Virus record (IMG/VR): IMGVR_UViG_3300036944_000561
Location: 1 to 64,000 of that record
DNA from: a virus
Direction: 5' to 3' (one strand)
Length of the DNA: 64,000 nt
Of the stretch, positions 59,396 through 64,000 are shown piece by piece. The notes under the pieces are model-generated. The model worked only from the letters and a program-made list of their open reading frames with translations. It was not told the DNA's origin and made no database searches. Each line of letters begins with the position of its first letter. The stretch's first letter is position 1. The position numbers and the translations under genes are program-made.

Positions 59396-59797
59396 ATGAA
59401 ATATACCACATACCGCCCAACTCGCCTGTTCGATGTTCTTTCTAACGACGGTTCTCACGCCGCCAATGCATTATTCTACGCTCGTCGTTGTGCATTCGAT
59501 GAAGCAACAACACAACGTGCATTGACTGCTTCCATTGTGATGATCAATGAAGGTTGGATGGTTCCGGCTGCTGTAGTTGAAGCGACCGACCTTGACGATT
59601 TCTTCGATAAATCAAACACTATCAATCAATTGTGGACTGAAAACGACGAAGTGACTTTGCTGGCCGATCCGAATGAAGTTCGATTTTCTTCAACTTCTGT
59701 CGGTGACATTGTTAAAGATGAGAACGGAAACTGGTTCATGGTTGAAGATTTCGGGTTCAAAGATATCACCGAAATCATGAAAGAACTTGAAAAATAA
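59396..59797 (+). CDS. Early accessory protein (YodL-like SVGDIV motif) inserted in the neck operon
   Basis: DLDDFFDKSN...W.EN...SSTSVGDIVKDENGNWFMV..FGF. Confidence 0.7.
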   Translation: MKYTTYRPTRLFDVLSNDGSHAANALFYARRCAFDEATTQRALTASIVMINEGWMVPAAVVEATDLDDFFDKSNTINQLWTENDEVTLLADPNEVRFSSTSVGDIVKDENGNWFMVEDFGFKDITEIMKELEK

Positions 59798-59810
59798 AAC
59801 AACTGAATTG

Positions 59811-59837
59811 AAAAAGGAGCCAAATCGGCTCCTTTTT
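59811..59837. terminator. Bidirectional terminator, identical to 15748-15774
   Basis: AAAAAGGAGCCAAATCGGCTCCTTTTT. Confidence 0.9.
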
Positions 59838-59838
59838 C

Positions 59839-60588
59839 TTATCCTACGAAAAAGTCGATGGGTTCCTGATGTCCTTTCTTCAACTGATCTTCAAGTTCAC
59901 GAATTTCTTCTTTCGCCTCTTGAAGCATCTGAGCACCATTGAGTTCAACACCGCCTGGTAGTCTTACGCCTTGTAATTTGTTCAGTACATTTCCCCAACG
60001 TTCTTTGATTTTAGCCGTCGCGTAATCTTTGAGCCAAAAATCATTCCAAGCATATTCGTTCCCCGTATCCCTTGGGTCTATTCGTTTGTAAGTTTGGAAT
60101 GCTAAAACTTCCCCGGCATTGACTTTGAACAAAAGTTCAATTTCTTTGTGGTATTTTGAAAACTTGAAAGGAAATACTTCACTGAGTACAACACTCAAAT
60201 CAGCTAGACGTTGCATCATCACAGTAAAATCTTGAAGACTGGTCTGTGCCCAACCTCCGGTCACTGGTGATGTGATTGCCGCTCCGGCTTGCCAAGCATA
60301 TGTATCAAATCGGCCACCGTATATGGATGAGCCGGGTGAAATCACTTTTACGACGTCATCTACACCTTCTGGCACTGTGATTTTACGTGTGGCTGCTGTG
60401 ACATCATCAGGGAAAGTGTATGTTAGGAAATATTCTTCAGAACCATCGCGATGATATTCTACAAATTTCAGAATAGCATCTTCTATCGCATCAGTAATCT
60501 GAGTATCGTCCAAGTTGATTTGGATGACGGGTGAACCCAGTTTCCTAAGACAATAATCCTTGAATTCTGTAATAGTAGTTATCGACAT
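59839..60588 (-). CDS. 13: Neck protein gp13
   Basis: DYCLRKLGSPVIQINLDD.Q..D, WLKDYATAKIKERWG, LPGGVELNG. Confidence 0.94.
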   Translation of the reverse strand: MSITTITEFKDYCLRKLGSPVIQINLDDTQITDAIEDAILKFVEYHRDGSEEYFLTYTFPDDVTAATRKITVPEGVDDVVKVISPGSSIYGGRFDTYAWQAGAAITSPVTGGWAQTSLQDFTVMMQRLADLSVVLSEVFPFKFSKYHKEIELLFKVNAGEVLAFQTYKRIDPRDTGNEYAWNDFWLKDYATAKIKERWGNVLNKLQGVRLPGGVELNGAQMLQEAKEEIRELEDQLKKGHQEPIDFFVG

Positions 60589-60923
60589 TGACTAATATCC
60601 CCCTTGGAACCCAGAACATAACGAATACACCGCATGTCTTCGTTCATTTCGTCCCAAGCCTTGGCTCTTTCTTCGAATCGTGAACTAAAGTTTGTAAATT
60701 CACGAGCCATAACAGCTTGGTTTTTGTCTAGGGAGTTGAATTTATTGTAAAGATCTTCAATCTTTTGATTCTGGCTGACCTGAGTATCTGCGATCGTCTT
60801 GATATCATTTTTAGCGCCACCCAACATGAAAGCAATGGTGACAGCCGTTGTAATAGCAGATACCAGAACTGGGGTGAGAGTTGACACCCAGTTGACTGAT
60901 GGGGTTGCTGTTTCAGTTGACAT
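60579..60923 (-). CDS. Single-TM coiled-coil protein (holin candidate)
   Basis: TM LTPVLVSAITTAVTIAFMLG followed by a heptad region. Confidence 0.55.
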   Translation of the reverse strand: MSTETATPSVNWVSTLTPVLVSAITTAVTIAFMLGGAKNDIKTIADTQVSQNQKIEDLYNKFNSLDKNQAVMAREFTNFSSRFEERAKAWDEMNEDMRCIRYVLGSKGDISQCR

Positions 60924-60925
60924 GA

Positions 60926-61132
60926 TTAATTTCCTTTGATTTGGTCTTGTAAGGAAGAAACCCAATCTCGGAGAACTGCCAACTCATCTTCCAGATCAGT
61001 AACTTTTTGTGCATTCTTTCTTGCATTTAGAAATGCGGTATACCCCTTGTTGTTGGTGTTAACGAGAACACCAGGGGAAGTCGCTTTTCTGACCAAATGA
61101 GTATGTCCGAGGACTTTTAAATTCTGTGCCAT
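60926..61132 (-). CDS. Small conserved late protein
   Basis: LKVLGHTHLVR...NTN...C-terminal coiled-coil; AAGGAG RBS. Confidence 0.65.
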   Translation of the reverse strand: MAQNLKVLGHTHLVRKATSPGVLVNTNNKGYTAFLNARKNAQKVTDLEDELAVLRDWVSSLQDQIKGN

Positions 61133-61184
61133 TTCTTTACTCCTTCCTCAGAAGGACTTTACCCTTCTGAGGAATATTTAGTGA

Positions 61185-64000
61185 TCAAGCTAGAATCACA
61201 CCCCGAATGTCTTTTAATGCCGGAGGATTCGTTCTAGAGCCTGTGAGCGTCACTTTATACCGTACCCCAATGAACTCAGATTGATCTGGCAAGTCATATT
61301 CATTTTCTACGAATGTGCTACCATTCAACAATGGTGAGTTAGGATTGATTTCAATCCAATCACTTTCGACGTCAGTTAACGTTTTCATGTAGAATTTCAT
61401 GCTTGCTCCGCTAGGCAACAAAGATGAAATGAAGAATTTAGCTGATGTTGAAGGGTTGTCAAGGTAAACATCTCTTGAAACCATCGACATCAATTCTTCA
61501 GTTTGGTCAACATAATAGGCGCTCAAGGTAGCACAGAAGCCATGTAAGTCTAATTGTGGACTCAGGTAGCTTGATGCTTGTATCGTTACACGAATCGAAA
61601 AATCTGTTGTGTCATACAATGAACCTTCTTCTGGGACGAGAGTATCACTTCCCGGGATGAATTCAGTCCACCCAGCCAATGCTCTGGTTCCTGCTAGACG
61701 ATAATTGTATTCAAATTTGATACTGGTCCCATCGTATACAGAATAATCAGCAGCAACGTTGACTAAGTCGATCAAATTACGAGCAACCGAATATGCTGAA
61801 GAACCTCCAAATGATCCGGTAGAAGTTGCATCAGAAGTCAGTGTAATTTTCACGGTGTTGAAATCAACCACTTCTGTTACCTGATGTGATTTATTCAACT
61901 GTGCAGTGGTGAACCCAGCTCCCGCTTCCAACCCACTTAGGGTGATTGTATCACCGGATTGTGTTCCGTGAAACTCGGTGTAAACTTCAACCACAGCACT
62001 ACCAGAAGTTGCTGTTAGCGGGTTGGATTTCAGTGATCTGATTTGCGCCCCCTGTGTTGGCTTGAATGTTATGGTCTGTTCCGCAGTATTGAACACACTG
62101 CGATAGGCTTTGAATTTCAAATCCTGCAACTGCTGAGGAGACCATGTTGAGCCATTGGATGAAGTAAAGAACACTCCAGTATGTGGCTGGGTTGAAACAG
62201 TGTTTGCGCTGTTGATTACCTTTTCACCCATCTGGGCAATGTATACATTGTATTCTTGGGTATTAGCCAAGATGACAATCGCATACTCCCCACCATCCTT
62301 GAGATAAACAGCAGGAGCAAAGGTGAACGTTGTAGCGACGTTTGCGCTGATACTGGTGTTCACTTGAGAGGGATTCAACGTTACCCGGCCAATCACATCA
62401 TGAGTTGGAAGACCGTTTTCCATTTCTCGAATTTCAAGAGTAACTGGAATTGATTTTGCTTTTGTTGCAAAAAACAAATCAATTTTTTCAAGAAACAATC
62501 CGCCCGCATGATCAACCGTAAATGATTGAGCAATTGGATCGACTTCCTGATATTCGATTTCTGTACGAGTAGTCACCCCAAGAACACGAGTCTGAACAGT
62601 GGTTCGTTGTTTGACAACCGCTGTACCACCAGATTGGAAGCTGGCGTTAGCAAAGGTAGAACGAAGATTAGAATCGCTCACGTTGGTAGCATTGTCACAC
62701 AATACAAATGCGCTGGTTCCAGTACTGAATTTCATAGCTGATGTGTTCGGAACTCTGAAAACCCCACTCACATTACCAGCAGAATCCGTTACCAATGAAC
62801 CCCCGTATGTACCATTGGTTGGCTTGGTATATGCGCTGACATTGCGGTTTGAAAACCAAGGATACACCCGTGTCAATGGTCTCAATCCCTTTGCACTAAA
62901 TGCAATTTCGATTGAGCGCATATATGGGATCAATTCTGTTTTGACAGTCGCTTCAGAAGTGGTAGAAGTAGTCCATTCTGTGAAGGATGTGATTGTCGCT
63001 ACTCTGGACTGGCTGGTATTAAACCGAAATGTGCCATTATTCAGTCTAGACCATTTCCCGTAAACAACACCCGCTTTAGCAGAACCTCTAGTGTTCTCAG
63101 TTACATTGATAATCTTATCTCGATTGTATATAGTGTCGACCCAAAAATCGCGAGAAGGGGAAAGACTGATGAATCCAGCCCAACTGAATACGGCATACGG
63201 GTTCACATTTATACTTCTTGTCGCATAAGGTTGGCTTGCGAATACGGCGGCAGTCCCGGTGGAAGCAGAAATCATGCTATCCAAATTCTTACCGCCAGAC
63301 ACATATTGCATATTCAAACCAATGGTGTCTACCAATGGACGAAGTCTACCTGCTTGGTCGTCTATAGAAGCAAAAGTTTCAGCATCATCAGTGTTGACTA
63401 GTCTGAAGTCAATGAAAGGATCAGCCAAAATACCATTTTTAAAACGGTCATTCCCTGTGTCTGGATCGATCACTTGGATGCTATTGGCGTCCATCTCTAA
63501 CAATGAAAGCGACGTGTAATATTCAACATTTTCAATACGTTTTTCTAGATTTCCGATATCTTTCATCGTGTATCGTTTATTGGATACAGAAAATTGAAGA
63601 ATATCGTTTGTTGAAAATGTCCATGAAGGGAGATAGAAGTCAATTAACTTCATAGCATTTTCTGGGAGGTCTGGTAAATCAGGAGTCTGAGAAGAAACAC
63701 CCAACGCGACACCAAAATCTCCATCAGAATTCACATACAATGAAGTGTATCTGGGTAGATAAAATTCGATGTCGGCCAACAATGTTGAAGATGGGCTGGC
63801 AATATAGGCCACAGTGTACTGACTTCCATTATACGACTTTCTGAAGTCGATACAATCCCTCAAGTCATACACATTACCAACACTGTCGGTGTAAGAAGGA
63901 ATATCACCGTATGAAGCATCTGTATAACTGTCCACACAGAAATAGTCTCCGGCACTGTGCGCATAATATGAATATTCTACAGAAATGGTTCCATCTGCCA
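61185..64000 (-). CDS. VrlC/DUF4815-like large virion structural protein (5' end beyond the window)
   Basis: RYTMKDIGNLEKRIENVEYYTSLSLLE, RFKNGILADPF, DPIAQSF, GVFFTSSNGSTW; frame stays open to the window edge. Confidence 0.85.
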   Translation of the reverse strand, partial: ADGTISVEYSYYAHSAGDYFCVDSYTDASYGDIPSYTDSVGNVYDLRDCIDFRKSYNGSQYTVAYIASPSSTLLADIEFYLPRYTSLYVNSDGDFGVALGVSSQTPDLPDLPENAMKLIDFYLPSWTFSTNDILQFSVSNKRYTMKDIGNLEKRIENVEYYTSLSLLEMDANSIQVIDPDTGNDRFKNGILADPFIDFRLVNTDDAETFASIDDQAGRLRPLVDTIGLNMQYVSGGKNLDSMISASTGTAAVFASQPYATRSINVNPYAVFSWAGFISLSPSRDFWVDTIYNRDKIINVTENTRGSAKAGVVYGKWSRLNNGTFRFNTSQSRVATITSFTEWTTSTTSEATVKTELIPYMRSIEIAFSAKGLRPLTRVYPWFSNRNVSAYTKPTNGTYGGSLVTDSAGNVSGVFRVPNTSAMKFSTGTSAFVLCDNATNVSDSNLRSTFANASFQSGGTAVVKQRTTVQTRVLGVTTRTEIEYQEVDPIAQSFTVDHAGGLFLEKIDLFFATKAKSIPVTLEIREMENGLPTHDVIGRVTLNPSQVNTSISANVATTFTFAPAVYLKDGGEYAIVILANTQEYNVYIAQMGEKVINSANTVSTQPHTGVFFTSSNGSTWSPQQLQDLKFKAYRSVFNTAEQTITFKPTQGAQIRSLKSNPLTATSGSAVVEVYTEFHGTQSGDTITLSGLEAGAGFTTAQLNKSHQVTEVVDFNTVKITLTSDATSTGSFGGSSAYSVARNLIDLVNVAADYSVYDGTSIKFEYNYRLAGTRALAGWTEFIPGSDTLVPEEGSLYDTTDFSIRVTIQASSYLSPQLDLHGFCATLSAYYVDQTEELMSMVSRDVYLDNPSTSAKFFISSLLPSGASMKFYMKTLTDVESDWIEINPNSPLLNGSTFVENEYDLPDQSEFIGVRYKVTLTGSRTNPPALKDIRGVILA

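Noticed and set aside
1-64000. tRNA or rRNA genes
   Set aside because: Intergenic gaps are short and I saw no cloverleaf or T-loop pattern; tRNAscan-SE would confirm

Overview
A 64-kb segment of a lytic T4-superfamily myovirus genome. Gene order and several marker genes resemble Ackermannviridae (ViI/CBA120-like), judged by recognition only; the host cannot be assigned. The window holds: (1) a nucleotide and recombination block (thymidylate-synthase-family probable dUMP hydroxymethylase, dNMP kinase, dimeric dUTPase, UvsX, gp41, HU); (2) rIIA/rIIB and topoisomerase II; (3) baseplate genes 29/27/53/48/54, gp4, gp3, UvsY/exonuclease/UvsW, RuvC-like, gp33, gp32, gp2, ligase, gp59 and primase; (4) an endolysin plus two-component spanin cassette; (5) two tandem homing-endonuclease-like genes; (6) the head, tail and neck late cluster (23, 22, 21, 68, 67, 20, 19, 18, 17, 16, 15, 14, 13) and a partial VrlC-like gene at the right edge. 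I saw no tRNA, rRNA or CRISPR array. Best leads: a duplicated gp67-like leader fused to a basic cargo domain next to a gp21-type cleavage site, suggesting a capsid-loading route for injected proteins; a family of near-identical early promoter/leader/RBS modules fronting accessory genes, one copy of which is empty and would give only a ~55-nt RNA; a gene split by one in-frame TGA; a 17-unit G-x-W-x-x repeat protein; and a Tat-signal-like ORF between the topoisomerase genes.
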